Under the pieces are notes generated by a model, which saw only the letters and a program-made list of their open reading frames with translations, was not told the DNA's origin and searched no databases. Positions 29,950 to 43,700 of a DNA stretch of 64,000 nt are shown one piece after another. The DNA is from Gnetum montanum (lineage: Eukaryota > Plantae > Gnetophyta): the NCBI GenBank assembly GCA_015680685.1, contig MNCI01002305.1:1-64000 (forward strand). Direction: 5' to 3'. The translations under genes were made by a program, and so were the position numbers. Each line of letters opens with the position of its first letter. The first letter of the stretch is position 1.

Positions 29950-32367
29950 GTCAATGGAGAAAGAGCTTATGGAGCAGTTTCAAAAGATCGGATTCCCTAT
30001 CTTCTAAGGTGAGGACTATCTTATAATTACTATTAAGTGGCTTGATGAGATCCTTAATATCCTTAAACTATTTGATTTATCAATAGTTTCATGAATCCAC
30101 TAGATGATGATAGACTACACAGAAAAAGGCTTATCACTAAGAAGAATGTAATTTCTATTAGAATGATTTTCTTAATACTTTCATAGCTCATTACATTCCT
30201 TTAGATTTTGTAAAGCTGAAGGATAAGGAGTTTTACCATATCTACTAGGGTAGTAGAACTGTGACTAAGTTTGACTGCAAGTCTTAGAGTTAAGCATGTG
30301 TGTGCCCCACATACATTCCAATGAGAGGTCCAAAGCCAACTACTTTGTTGATAGTCTTCATGTGTTCATTAAGGATCCTTTTTTCTCTTTATTTTTAGAC
30401 ATATAAGGATGCTTAAATTCATATTCTAGACATAATGGTTAGTTAGTTAACTAAATAAGTACAATGTAATTGATATCAGAAGAGGGATCATAACTCTTCT
30501 AGGAAGTCAATAAATCTAATCAAACCTATATTTCTAATTAAAGTGACTAGTAACAATAGTAGGAAATAGGTGGTGGGACTACTCGTGGGTCTATTAGTTA
30601 CCATGTTTCAAGGAGAGTTAGGTACATTAATAAGGAATATCCCAACTACTATAACTATGGTTCGATAGGATACAAGAGCTTTAATTTTTGGAAGTATTTA
30701 AGAGATGAAGGTCCTTAGTAGGGTGGAAAATCTTTTGGTAACTAGGGTAGTACCAAGGTGCATGCATGCATATATGATCTTATGGATCAACTAATAGACA
30801 CTTAACCCAACACTGTGATGGAGGATAGAGGTATGATTTATAATTTGATAGTTTTGATTCTTTCTAATCTTGGTGTGAGTCATTTATTTATTTATCCATA
30901 AATAGTTAAACAATTGGTTTTTTTAGGTTAGTATCTTAATCAAGAGCTTCCCATTAGGTTTATTGGTGACTATGTACTTGCTATAGACCAAGTGTACAAG
31001 TCACTATCTTTGGTAATTTAGAATGTCATTTGGTTTAGTGATCTTCACATCATGAACCTAGGGAACCTTGATGTTATCTTAGGCATGGATTAGTTGTCTT
31101 TCTATCAAAAACATCTAGATTATTATTTCAAGATATTTTCCTTAGTCAAAAATGATGATCTTCAAATGATATTGCATACTTGGTCACACAAAGTCGAGTT
31201 TGATCTTGTCTCTTTAAGACCTTTTCATTGTTTGTTATAAAAGGGTCATTCTTACTTTGTATTTAAATTAGAAAAATTTATTTGTTATCTAAGATTGATC
31301 ATATTCCTTTGGTTAATATTTTTCTAATATATTTCATTTCCAAGTTACCTTGTTTCCCTACAAGGCATTATGTTGAATTTGAGATTTTACTAAAACTTGG
31401 TGCTAAACCTATCTTTAAGATGCCACAGAGGATGTCCCTTATCGAGTTACCAGAAGTAAATATTTAGCTTTATAACTTGCTTGATAAGGGCTTGATTCAC
31501 CAAAGTATCTCTCCTTAGGGTGCTTCCATCCTCTTTGTAAAAAATAAGAATGTTAGTATGAGGTTGTACATTGATTATTAGTAGTTAAATCAAGTGATAG
31601 TGAAGAATAAGTATCCTTTGTCATGGATAGATGATTTGTTTAACTAGTTGTAAAAAGCTTATGTGTTTTCAAAGATAGATCTAAAGTCAAGGTATCATCA
31701 AGTTGACTTCATAGAGAAGAATGTATCCAAGATAATTTTAAAGATATAGTATGGGCATTATGAGTTTTTGATATTATCATTTTGACTCATCAACACCCCT
31801 ATAGTATTTATGCATCTCATAAATATTGTTATGAGGTCATACCTAGATCAAGTTATTATCATATTCATCAATGATATTTTAATGTACTCTTCATTAGAGT
31901 AGTTACATGAACAACACTTGAGGATCATTTTGAAAACAATGAAAAAACATTAGTTGTTTATCCAATCTTCAAAGTGTTAAATTTTTATGTCAAAAGATTT
32001 ATTTTCTAGGAAATGTTGTTTCAAATATTGGTATGCAACAGATCTGACTAAGATATTAGTCATTTAAGATTATCTTGTTCCAAATAAAATTGAAAAGATT
32101 CACAGTTTTCTTGGATTGGCAGGCTATTATAGATTGTTCATTAAAAATTTCTCTTACATTGCTTCATCTCACATGAAGCTATTGTAAAAGAATGTTGTCT
32201 TCTTATGGAACTTATGATGTCAGGTTGTCTTTGATGAACTCAAGGGTAGACTAATCTCAACTTCTAATTTCACCTACCCTAGGTAAATCATTTGATGTTT
32301 GTATTGATTCATCAAGAGAGGGTTATGGGTGTATTCTCATATACAAGGATAATGTGGTAGCCTATTA
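29950..32367 (+). pseudogene. Degenerate Tekay-like gag-PR-RT-RH, truncated in RNase H
   Basis: FQKIGFPIF.GE (gag), decayed LFDSGA-like protease (~30855-30890), GASILFVK..MRLYIDY..LNQVIVKNKYPLSWIDDLF..VFSKIDLKSRYHQ, FINDILMYS (YxDD), FLGLAGYYRLFI and RH IDSSREGYGCIL..VVAY, then an abrupt end. Confidence 0.85.
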
Positions 32368-34462
32368 CTGAGCTATTAGTTCTTTTATTATTGCACTATA
32401 TAATGTGGGAATCAATCAAATATAGAACTACAGGTTATGTGGGGTTAAGTTGCTAGAATTATGATGAAGAATGTTTAACATTAAGTCATTCTTAACAGAA
32501 GAAATTAATATCTTAATACACAATATTACTGCAAAAATTTCATTATAATAATATCATTCAACAACTTGAATTTTATATTCTTTGAAAGGTATATGGGTAT
32601 TTATCTATATATTTATTTCTCTATATTATCTATATCTCCTTTTCTATTCTTCTTTTATAGTTCTGCTTCAATCTGGTGTAAAAATTACTTCAATTAATGG
32701 TTTCAATAACTTTTGGCTAATGGTTATGACCTAGGTGGGAGTCACAGCTAGGTTGTAGCTCCCTACCTAAAGAAGAATAATCAAGTCAATCAATTGTTGC
32801 AAGGGACTGTGATTAGTAGTCATAGTCAACCATTTTCAATGGTCAAGTATTCAAATCCTAACCAATTAGGTTGAAAGATCCTTTATGATTATGATAGTGG
32901 TATGAGTCATTGAAACTCATACTAATGAATTTCAGTCTTTTGTTAAAAAATACATTGTGAGTAGTTGTGAATTGCATCAAGAAGAAACTTTGTACTATGA
33001 GCTCATGAGAGTCACATGAGTAGGAAATACCTTACCAAACTCAATTTCAACTTCCAATGCTTCCATCATTTTTGTTCGAAGCTAACTCCACCTGTTTATC
33101 AATTCTTTCTCTTTTGAAAATTGACTCTTGACAATCATAGGATAGACATTGTTATTGTGGTGAGTTCTAAACTCATCAAGAATGAAATCCTAAGTTTATA
33201 CCTTGAACTATGGGCAACTATGGATCACATGAGCTCACAACTATTTGCCCAAGTCTAAAAATGAAGGAACCAACTAGAAAGGACCATCAATTCATATCCC
33301 AAAATAGCTCCTCAACTAGCTCTTCATCATCCTAATAAAAGAGAGTAGAAGAATATAAATAAATTAATGAAAATATAATAAATAACAAAGCACATCATAA
33401 AATCAATCCCCTTTATCATAACACTTCAAAACATATAGAAAGGAAGAAGGGAAAAGAAGAAGTGAGGAAACAAAATGCTCAAGTTGGAGGAGCTAAGCCC
33501 TCCCCTAAAGGGGATGTAGAAGCCTTTGCTAAAGGAGGAGGTTAAGATGCATCATTTCTTGCCTTCTTACTCATGTAATCCTATTTTATTACCTTATCAT
33601 TTACTTGGTTTGTAGGGCTAGATGGTCCAACCTAATTTGCATCAATGATCTGGAATCCCATGGGAGAAAAATTTGGATTCACCAATTCACCAACCTCCTG
33701 GTGAATAACTATGTTGTGTAGCTCTCTCATCATACAAAAAAAAAATGATGTCCCAAGATCTTGACCTTGGTTACCAACTAATACTACCTTCTCCCAAGTT
33801 GATTGCATTGAGCATGAAGATGCATCTCCATCTCATTATAATGTCTAATGAGACTTTATTGTAGGACATCCAATCAAGTCATGAATCAAGCTTCAACATC
33901 CACCAAAGCCTAGTTAGCACCTATCATGCCTTGCTACTACTGTGGCTATTGTATATCAGCATAATGGGTCTTCTAAGAGGCCTTGTTCCCATTTCCAAGT
34001 ACACATGGATTAGTAATCCACCTAATCTTCGCATACCATGTCCTAGACAATTACTAACTGTAGAAGGCACATCCCAGATTCAAAAATTGGTCCTCATTTA
34101 ATGCAACAATCACCTTGATGAGTAGGATAGGTGGCCAAATCTAAAAATGTTGATACAATGTTGATCACTAATGTGAAAGGAACCCCATTAGTGCCTTGGA
34201 TGACTAACTTCATCTTAGAAAAAATGATTAATAGATAATTGAGAGTGCAAGGAACCTCCAAGTCTCTCATTACTAACATGCCTAAGAACATGACATGTGA
34301 AATGAGAGTTGCCTAAAATGTTCATCATCATTTCTCTTACAAGAACCATAGTTTCTGTGAAAAGATTCTTATAGGGCCATCTTGTCTCATCCATCATCAT
34401 GCCAGCAAATAGCTTAGCCAACTAAGTCCACCTATCTGACAATGTTAATACAAAGTGCCATT

Positions 34463-35869
34463 TGAAACACCATAAAAATTTCGAGGCCTCGACGGTTCGG
34501 AAAAATCTAGCAACTCAGGTGAGAAGTCGCAACAAGGTGTGGCACAGTACAAATGAACTTCAGGAGATAGAACAAAATGATGGGTGCAGGACGGCAAGCC
34601 TTCCACTTTGTGAGTTTTCTATGTTTCAAAATCTCAACATTTAGCACATTACACTGCATTATGCAACATAGCGTAACGCCGCATTATGTAGCGTAATATC
34701 AAAGACAGTCTACCATAGCATCAAAAATGGCAAACATTCAAGACTCCGACAACCCAGCAAAAATATCAAGGCTTAAGCAACGATCTGCAGCATGCTGCGC
34801 ATTTTAGTGGATTTTATTCCCTAGTTAAGGGGGCCCATTACACTATGTTACGTAGTGCAGCATAATAAAACCCCAAAAGGGATTGATCAGAAACAGAGGA
34901 AGCACAACAACAATACTTCAACTTTTGCAGTTTTGTTATTTTGCGCTAAATCACGCTATGATGCGTAATGTAGTGTGACGCAGTGTAATATAAGTAACGA
35001 TAGTACAATTTAGACATCAGTAATTCATACGCCATAATACGCTCTCTAGCGTATTGTAGCATAATCAAAGGATAGTTTGTTGACAAAGCTCAAACAAGAG
35101 TAGTTTACAATGCACTACATAGCATAGCACCACAAGATACAACGACAACACATCAAGTCAATGGCATCTTGTAAGTTCAGGACACATGTCATCTAAACCA
35201 TGTTTTCCTCCTTACCCTAACCTTATAAGTGCTCCAGTTGACGAAGATCAAAGGGTTGGAAAAAATTTTCTCTTTCAAGGTTGGCAACAGAGCAAAAAGA
35301 GGATCAGCGATCATGAGAACATCAGAGGTGATTGGCAAGAACTCTTGATCAAAAACAATCGGCTACCAGATATTCTCCCCCAGGTCTAACTTACTTGTGT
35401 GTAGATTGGCTAGAACAAGGTAGATTGACCCTCTCTTGTTTCATCTTTAGAAAACTTTCTTGCTGTTGGCATGTGCTTCATCCAAACCGAAGCTCGCCTG
35501 TAATCATTGTATCAAACATATTGTGTTAATAAATTAAATCCCAGATCTTATGATCGTATTCCCTACAAATCTGATTCCTTGCATCCTATTTATACATATT
35601 TGGCAATCACATCTAAATCGTTTACATCGTTTTCAATTGTTTTCGGGATTAACAATATTGCATCGCCTTATAAAGAATCTTCATTTTGCCATCAAATTAT
35701 TGCAAAAATTTTATTGATTAAGTAAGTCCTTGTCTAATTGACAAGACCATTCAGGGCATCTCAAATTCATTTTTTTCTCCAGCACCGCCCTCGCACAGAT
35801 TCGAGGTTAGAACTATGTACATGGGCTTTCATTCGGTATTTCCAGCGACCGACATTTTCTATTGTTATA
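34463..35869 (+). repeat. 5' LTR (1407 bp)
   Basis: TGAAACACC...GTTATA (CA->TA). Aligns end to end with 50788-52193. TATA-like CCTTATAAG at ~35221. Confidence 0.95.
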
Positions 35870-35875
35870 GTTTTT

Positions 35876-35892
35876 TGGCGCTAGAAGGAGGG
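35876..35892 (+). promoter_or_regulatory. Primer-binding site complementary to the plant tRNA-Asn 3' end
   Basis: TGGCGCTAGAAGGAGGG, 6 nt after the LTR. Complementary to ..CCCUCCUUCUAGCG-CCA (tRNA sequence recalled from memory). Confidence 0.85.
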
Positions 35893-36125
35893 CCTTCGTA
35901 GCCGATCTACATTTTACAGGTAGTCTTGTAAGTTGTCTGTACCCATTGTCAATCAACGTAAACGTAATACCTCCGAGGTTGTTTACGAAATTGTGAGGTG
36001 CAGATCGGTCGCTTCGATGATTCCTTTGGAATCCTACAAGATAGAAAGCCTCGATTATTGTCTCAGGTCATCTTTGTCCTTCTTATCTTTACCTTTATCA
36101 TCATTATTTTCGAATCGCATAGAAA

Positions 36126-39100
36126 ATGGTTACATCAACCACAGCTGTTGACACTACCAACCTAGAAAACCCTTGGACCATGCAAGTTACACTTCCGGTG
36201 GTCGAGCCGCCAACTAGTCTGATGCGATCACGCCGCTCCTTCAGGCTTCAAAATAAAGAGCCTAAGGAACATGCTCATTGCAAGGAACACTACAATTTCC
36301 TCTACGCTAAGCTAGCGGCAAACCTTCCTATGTATCCGCAAGTACTTGAGGAAAAACAAGAGTACGAGTTCATGTACAACAACAGGAAGGAATGTTTTCC
36401 TTCACTGAATGCCACTGTGCCCCTGACAGATCAACAAAAGTGGATCCTAGATCAAATGTTGATGTTAAATACATTTCTAGAACAACTACAGGTCTTGTTC
36501 AGTGATGAAATGCTTCACAACGAGCAAGACGATCTAGAATCTCACTCTGAAGGGGGCAGTCATGCTGATTTCACCATGGCCCCTCCCTCCACGACGTCTT
36601 GCGTAAATCCATTGTTCATGGTCACCATGCCTTTGACATTATCCAATACCAATCGAGTCCCGCATTCACCGTGATTATATTTTCTTTCTCCGACTATGCT
36701 TTCGGGTGAAGGTCCCTCACAGATCATTCCCCAGTAGGTGCAATTACCTAATCCGCCCCATCGTACACCTATGCCTATGTCACCACATGTGCACGCGATA
36801 CCTACGTCCCAATTACCTACAACACCAACTTTGCTTTTGACTCACATGACAGAGCCTACCACCATAGCATGGTGGGCTCCCAACATGTCTCTTGTTGCCC
36901 ATCCTACGCAAATGCACCACCATCCCCATCATCAGAGTCAAGTCCCACAAGTGCTAAACCCAGCTACAGGATTGTTGCTCATGCCCCCGGTTACACAAAC
37001 AACATACCCAATGGCATAGCCTATGGTGTTTGCTCCATTTGCACCAACCACCGAATGGTGGATGCCACAAGCAACACTACCTACAGGGACTATCCCAATG
37101 GCACCAACCATCGGCCAAGCCGCTGCCTCTGTTCTGCCACCTGGTATGGCTCCACCCACAGTTCCACAAACGACCTTGTCATCTACAGGTTTGGATCAAG
37201 CCTTCCAGCTCATTCAGACCCTTATAGAGGAGGTCAAGCATCTCAAGGCTCCTGGTTCTGATGTGGTGCAAGTCATGGATTTCTACCATGACGATCCTAG
37301 TAGTCTAGCAATCCCAGTCCTATCATTGCCACCTAGGATGCCCCTTCCCCATTTCAGAAAATACAATGGGGAAGGTGATCCCAATGCCCACCTCATCACT
37401 TTTATGTGAGAGTCCTTATTGCTGCAACAATGGTCGCATACTATAATCAATTTCTTTGCTATGTCCTTAATAGGTAAAGCTTTGGATTGGTATCGAGCAC
37501 TTCCACGTGCTTCCATTTCAACTTTGGAAGAGCTATTAACCTAGTTTGTGACTTGTTTCAAATACAACCTGAAGCCAGAAGTCACACTGGACCAGCTCAT
37601 GGGAGTCAAACAAGACCCTCTTGAGCCGGTTCAAAAGTTGATACAGCGTTAGAGCACCACCTTAAATGAGATCTGCAAACCCATCGCAGAGGCCCATCTA
37701 TTGGCAATCTTCAAGGGAGCGATCAACAAGTTAATCAAGTCTAAGATGTATTACCTTGCTCCCCATTCCCTCAGCCAAGCCTTTGCTCAGACTAAGAGCA
37801 TCCAAGATGTGGCGGAGGCTAGTAAAGATTTGACATATGTGGTCTACAAAAATTCCCATAGCAAGGATAAGGATACAGGAAAAGCCACAACAACAACAGT
37901 GGCAACCGTTGCTGAAGGGGCCATGAAGAAAAACAACAATAACAAAAAAACAACTATGGAGCCAGCCGAACTGACAACTAGCTCAAATGGTGCCAATCAA
38001 GAAGCTCCTCCCACCCTCGAAGCATTTCCACCACTGAGGCCAAAATTTGAGCGTAAAGATCACTCAAATTACACAACTCTACCTATGAAGCCTTTAGAAC
38101 TTCTGAAGCAATTATTGGAAACCGGTCACATCCGACACAAGGTGGTGTCCAAGGAGGCTCTAAAATGTCACAGGTGCCACTATGAGTTACTCAAGAATCC
38201 CTCCTTGGCCCAACCTAATGAACTGCCCATTCCCAAGAACTTTAAGCTAGACTGATTCTATGACTACCATCAATTGTGTGGTCATGACACGGATTATTGC
38301 TAGGCGTTGAAAGATGGCATTCAACGTATGATTAATTAGGGTGACCTGATCATAGATAGTAGTAGTCCAGCTCACCTAGAAAACCAAGTCATGCATGTGT
38401 ACCAAGACCCGTTAAATGCAAACAACGCAGGGTACACAATTAACATGGTAGGAGCAGAGAGCGATAATTGGGCACAACCAAAACAACCTTTCGTGTTGCG
38501 AACACATCCTTGCTCTCCCCGAACAACGGATCCATCAGCATCGACAAGTGATGCTCCAAGGCAACCTTTTATCATTAGAGCCCCTTCTTAGACAACTTCT
38601 CGATAGCCCCCTGTTGGTAAAGCCATAGCTTAGCCCGTGCCTACGCCCAATGCTCCCTTTGTCATCAGGGTGCCAAAACCATAAACTCTCCATCCCATGT
38701 AGGGGAAAACCTCCAAGTCAATCTGCTGATCCCAACTTAATGAAAAAGGATAAGCAGGTATGACAGCTGGTATGGCCAAGGACCATCTTACGCTGGGGTT
38801 TCCCAAGCCTAAACCCCTCTCTTCTGTACCCTTGGCCCCATTTCCTAAAAATGGTAAAGTGATGCAAACACAACCATCTACTCCTAGCCAAAAGAAACAC
38901 AGCCCTCGACCGAATGTCACTCCTCCATGAGAAATTTGTCTCCTAGGGCGAATGGAAGAGGAAAAGGGTGACAACTATCCAGATCGTGGGTGGAATCTCT
39001 TCAACACATTTATGCAAGTCAAATAGGCTCTAAAACAAAAAAATACAACATTAAGCCTTTATGACTTACTCATGACATCATAGAAACATCGTGAAGCTAT

Positions 39101-39891
39101 GGGTTCGTATGCTGATGTCCATACCCATGGACGAAAGCCTGCCAACGGATGAAGAAGTGATTCATTTTGTTATGCTTTCCCCCGCAGCTGAGAAAACCAG
39201 GCATTCCTTGTTGACCTTTCATGAAGAATCCATTAAGGATGACCCAAAGAAAGGTCAGGTGACAATGGCACCCATTTTCATCACCATCTGGGTTGGCCAA
39301 CACCAAGTTCAGAGGATGCATGTGGATGATGGGACAGCCGCTAATGTCATCCCATATCCCATAGTGGATAAGCTAGGCTTGATTGATTAGATCAATCCTA
39401 CCATGATGTCATGTTTAAAGTCATTCAACGGGGCATGAGTGCAAGTCAAAGGCATAGTGCACATCAACTTTGTGTCAGGGGATTAGTTCCCCATAGACGC
39501 AACGTTTATTATCGTTGAAGAGATGCTTGGTTTCAACTTGATCTTGGGGAGGTCTTGGTTGGCTCAACTAAGGGCAGTTTCTTCACCTATCCATCAGAAG
39601 ATCCATCTACCCTACGCAGGAGGAGAAGTGGTCATCCACGGTGATGAAATAACCCCTCAGGCTGTTAACAACATAGAAACGGAACAGGGGTCAGAAATCA
39701 AAATGTTCGAAGATTAGCCCCCTATCTGAATACTCGAACAAGCTGAAATAGTGGCAGATGACAACCTAACTTGGGCCAAACTACCATTCCCAGAGGAAGA
39801 GTGTGATGTGAAGGAAAAGGGTGGTAAATCCCCTCATCTTTACACATCACCAAAAATAAAAGCGATCAAGAAACAATTACAGGGCTAGCCA
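36126..39891 (+). pseudogene. gag + protease (exon 1 of the polyprotein) with nonsense mutations and one +1 frameshift near 39100
   Basis: ORFs 36126, 36738, 37023, 37701 and 38391 share one frame. PHFRKYNGEGDPNAHL..LIGKALDWY (retrotrans_gag), Tat-type knuckle YDYHQLCGHDTDYC.ALK (~38259-38312), SLYDLLMTS.KHREAM, protease HVDDGTAANVI and FNLILGRSWL..AVSSPIHQKI. Confidence 0.9.
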
Positions 39892-40195
39892 GTAAGCTTG
39901 GTCATCTGGTTCTCTTATTATAATAGGATCAACACCCTTTTTGTTGCCCTACGTGTGCATACCCTATTTTACAACTCACCGCCGTACAATTTATGCGTAT
40001 TTTCTTTCATCATGCTATCCCAGCTTTGCTGTACAAACACTCATCTTGTTTTACGCTTACGCTTATTCCTTGCAGTCCCACCAGCTATTCTCATTTACAC
40101 TTATGTTTTTACGCTCCCACTAGTTATCTTTATCATCCTTAAATTTATCTACAACTAGTCATGTATACTTTGCACCTAAAATATACACAACCTGC

Positions 40196-40560
40196 AATGG
40201 CCTTAAACTATTCAGGGCCCAAAATGGCCTAAAACTAATTGCAGCCTGCCATGACTTAAAATTGATGATTTAATGTTATTTATCCTTTCACACACCATAT
40301 ATGCCCATGGCCCAAAATGGCCTAAAACTACCCATGGCCTGAAATGGCCTAAAACTACCCATGGCCCAAAATAGCCTAAAACTAATTGCAGCCTGCCAAG
40401 GCTTAAAACTGGCAACTTGATGTTATTTCTTTTCTTCACACATATGTCTAGGGCCCAAAATGGCCTAAAACTATACATGGACCGAAATGGCCTATAACTA
40501 CCTATTTAAATCACAGTTTACACTTCAACTAATCAAAGGCCCGAAATGGCCTAAAACTAG
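40196..40560 (+). repeat. Tandem/dispersed repeat GGCCCAAAATGGCCTAAAACTA
   Basis: About 8 copies, three of them in direct tandem at ~40307-40384. Confidence 0.9.
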
Positions 40561-40777
40561 TTATCGTATTTACGCTTTGCACCGGAATTATCTAGTAGCC
40601 CACAATGACTTTATACCAGTAACTTCATTTATGCTACATGCCTAAAATTATCTGCCATTTCTTATAGCATCAAAACCTACTTATTTACGCTTTGCATAAA
40701 ATGAAAATAGCAAAAAAAAATTAACTTAGACCAAATTTGCATCAAAGTGTCAAAGAAAAATATTGTCTTTTCCATCA

Positions 40778-43700
40778 TTAAAAAAATGAACTGTGGCTAG
40801 TATAGCCACACTAAGCATCTCCTTTGTCCCCATTATCACCCGTATCCCTCAGCTTAATCTGCACTCTAAGAAAATCATCCTCGTAGGGGCCATCTTTTTT
40901 AGGCGACATTTCTTTGTGAAGGTGTCCCTCCCTGTTAGGCTCTTCTATATGAATTTGTTTGCCACGGTGTTGATTATCATCATTACACTTAGTCCCCTAC
41001 AAACCCTCTTCATGAGGACCGCCATCCACGTTAGGTTCATCTCGTTGAAGAACCTCCTCAGGTCATTCCTACAATTAACATAACACACATATTGACATCG
41101 TGATCAAAAATAGGTATGATAAAAGGCATAGTAAAATAAAAACTCACCTGTGACGGTCTTGCATTGGTAGCAAACGGAATTTTTTCTAAGCCAATCCATA
41201 GACGTTGCATAACTTCATCCTCGGTAAGCTCAGAACAAACCCCGTCTCCTAGATTAGCTCTGGCCTTGATCTTCCCTTTCTCCACAGGAGTCCATCGGGG
41301 TGGTTCGGGGAAGAAGGAAGGGATGGTTGTCTCCCCTCCAGGAAGAGTCATTTCCCTTTTTGGAGAGGCACTCACCGTCACTTGCTCCTGGAACTTTTCA
41401 AATGCACTGGAAGCACCAATAACATCGAGGAATAGTCAAAGAGACTAAGCCTTGATGGAAGAGTCCCTGTAATATTGAGGATAGGCAGTGCATTCTAGCT
41501 TGTAGACATATTTTTGGTCTTTCTGCGTCTACCCCCACTCTTGCACACTTGCGCAAAAGTCCTTCCAGTCTTGATTTTTTTGAGCTAGGAGATCCATTTG
41601 CATCTGCTACTCAACTAGCTCATGGCTGGTTTGGACATTATTTCGGATGATCATCCAATAATGGGCATAGTCCATAATAGCCATCCACTAGTCCTCATTA
41701 CCTATCCCCTAATCTTGCAAGAATTCATTCTGCAACCTCAAATCCCCCACTTCATCACCTAGAGCCACCCTCTCTTTCTCCAACCTTTGCAATCTCTTCC
41801 AAAGGTCTTCGTTTATACTTTGACATTTACACAAGGAGCAGGTCGAGCATACCACACATTTACGCATCTCTTCATAAATGCTACGTGGCACGACGGTCAC
41901 TTCCGTTGAGGGTTTAGTGGTGTCTAGATTAATAGGCTCCAACGGATCCCATCTGAGTTGAGCTCCTAATAACATAAAATAGTGGTTAGGCATAATTAGG
42001 TAACATAATACCATGATGGGGTAACTTCTGTGTAATGATCATGGTGTACCCACTTCAGGATTGATTTGCTCTAAGCAACTGATCATATCTTGGACGACCC
42101 ACTCCATAAAGACGAATTTATCAGGAAATTTGCCCTAGGATCGAGTCGCCACTATTGAAAAATGTACATCCTGGTTACCTATTACATAGGACAAGTTCCA
42201 TGTGAGGACACGATTGAAACATTACAATGGCCAATATAACCTTCAGAAGCAATGGTCTAGAGTTGAGTATGCCATAAAAGTTAGCCTCACAGAGTCACTG
42301 ATCATTTACCTCTTCTTGTCTGGGCCAAAAGGACTTCGGCATATTTCACTGTTGCTCCCTTCTTACATGCAGGAACCTATGCACTGCTAGTCGTGTTGAC
42401 TGTAGCCTCTTCTTCCAAGGCCGGGGCCTCCTCCTCGCACCACAAAATCATAGCCCCTGTTTCAGGGGTTAACCTTTCCATGACCTTCTCCTTCGCTGTC
42501 ACACAATGTTCTCAGTTAACATAGAATTATGCTTTAGTTCATTAAATTATGACATAATATTGTCTATATCCAGCATAACTATAATTATTATCACATTTTT
42601 TTGCTTACCTGCTGGAGGATTAATACTCCAACACTTGACCTGCATCTTCTACCTCGTACCACTTGTTGGCTCCTCGGACTCCTCGATCAAACGAGGCTTC
42701 TTGCAGGGCACCGATGAGTCCACTATCTCATTTTCCAGGCACTTCCCCCTTGATGCATCACTAGTATAGGAAGGGAGCACCCCACCCACACTGTCTTGAC
42801 CCCACGTTCGAGGTGCCACCATGTTTTTAGTCATTACTGACAACAACTCCATGATTCCTTTAGGATGGTCCTATGACCAGACAGTGCCAAAAATATGGGA
42901 AATCCATGGTTTAGAGATCTGGCTACAGTCTTACTACACCCAAACTCCATTTCTTTGAACTACTAGAAACTCAGCAAAGTGCTGGAAGCAAGCTATAAAA
43001 AAGGCAAAATGCACATTGAAATGGGATTCAAGCTTCTTGTGAAGCTTGACCATTTCAACGCATAGGACTTCGGCAAAATAGCTGGCCCAATTGAATTGTG
43101 TCCCTTCGCCCATGACCTCTCGCATAATGCGAGCTTACTTTATGGTGAGAAACCTCCCTTGGGAGAGTGTCTTGGGGAAGGCCTGGGCTCGGAAAAGGGG
43201 GTAAATGGTGTTGGCCACCTCCAACTCAATCCCTTCGGTAGGAATTCCTTTGGCCTCCTTCCTAACCCCTAGCCACATCTCTACCTCTTCCTAGTACTTG
43301 GCACTCCTCTTCAACTTTTTCTCTATAGGAAATCCATCAGAGGGAACCCTGAAGAGATTGACGAACAACTAAGCATCAATGTCAAAATTTACGTGCACGT
43401 TACGCATGCGTATGCAGAGACACTCAACTTTTTAACTAAAGGAGTTGACTAAGGTTAACATTTCACCCACAGTAACATTAGGGGTTATGGCCAAGAATAG
43501 GTCCATTAGTCCATCCTTCCAAAGGTTATTGGTCAAAACAACAGGGGCCGCTCTATGGCCAAGCTAGTGTTGTGCCTCCTTTATGTCACCCTAGTGGAAA
43601 AAGATATTGCTTGCATCGTGACTAGAAGCCATGATCGTAATCTCCCATGATTCCCTGACTGCACACATAAAACAATAGCTGAGCCAAGATAGCAAAAAAT

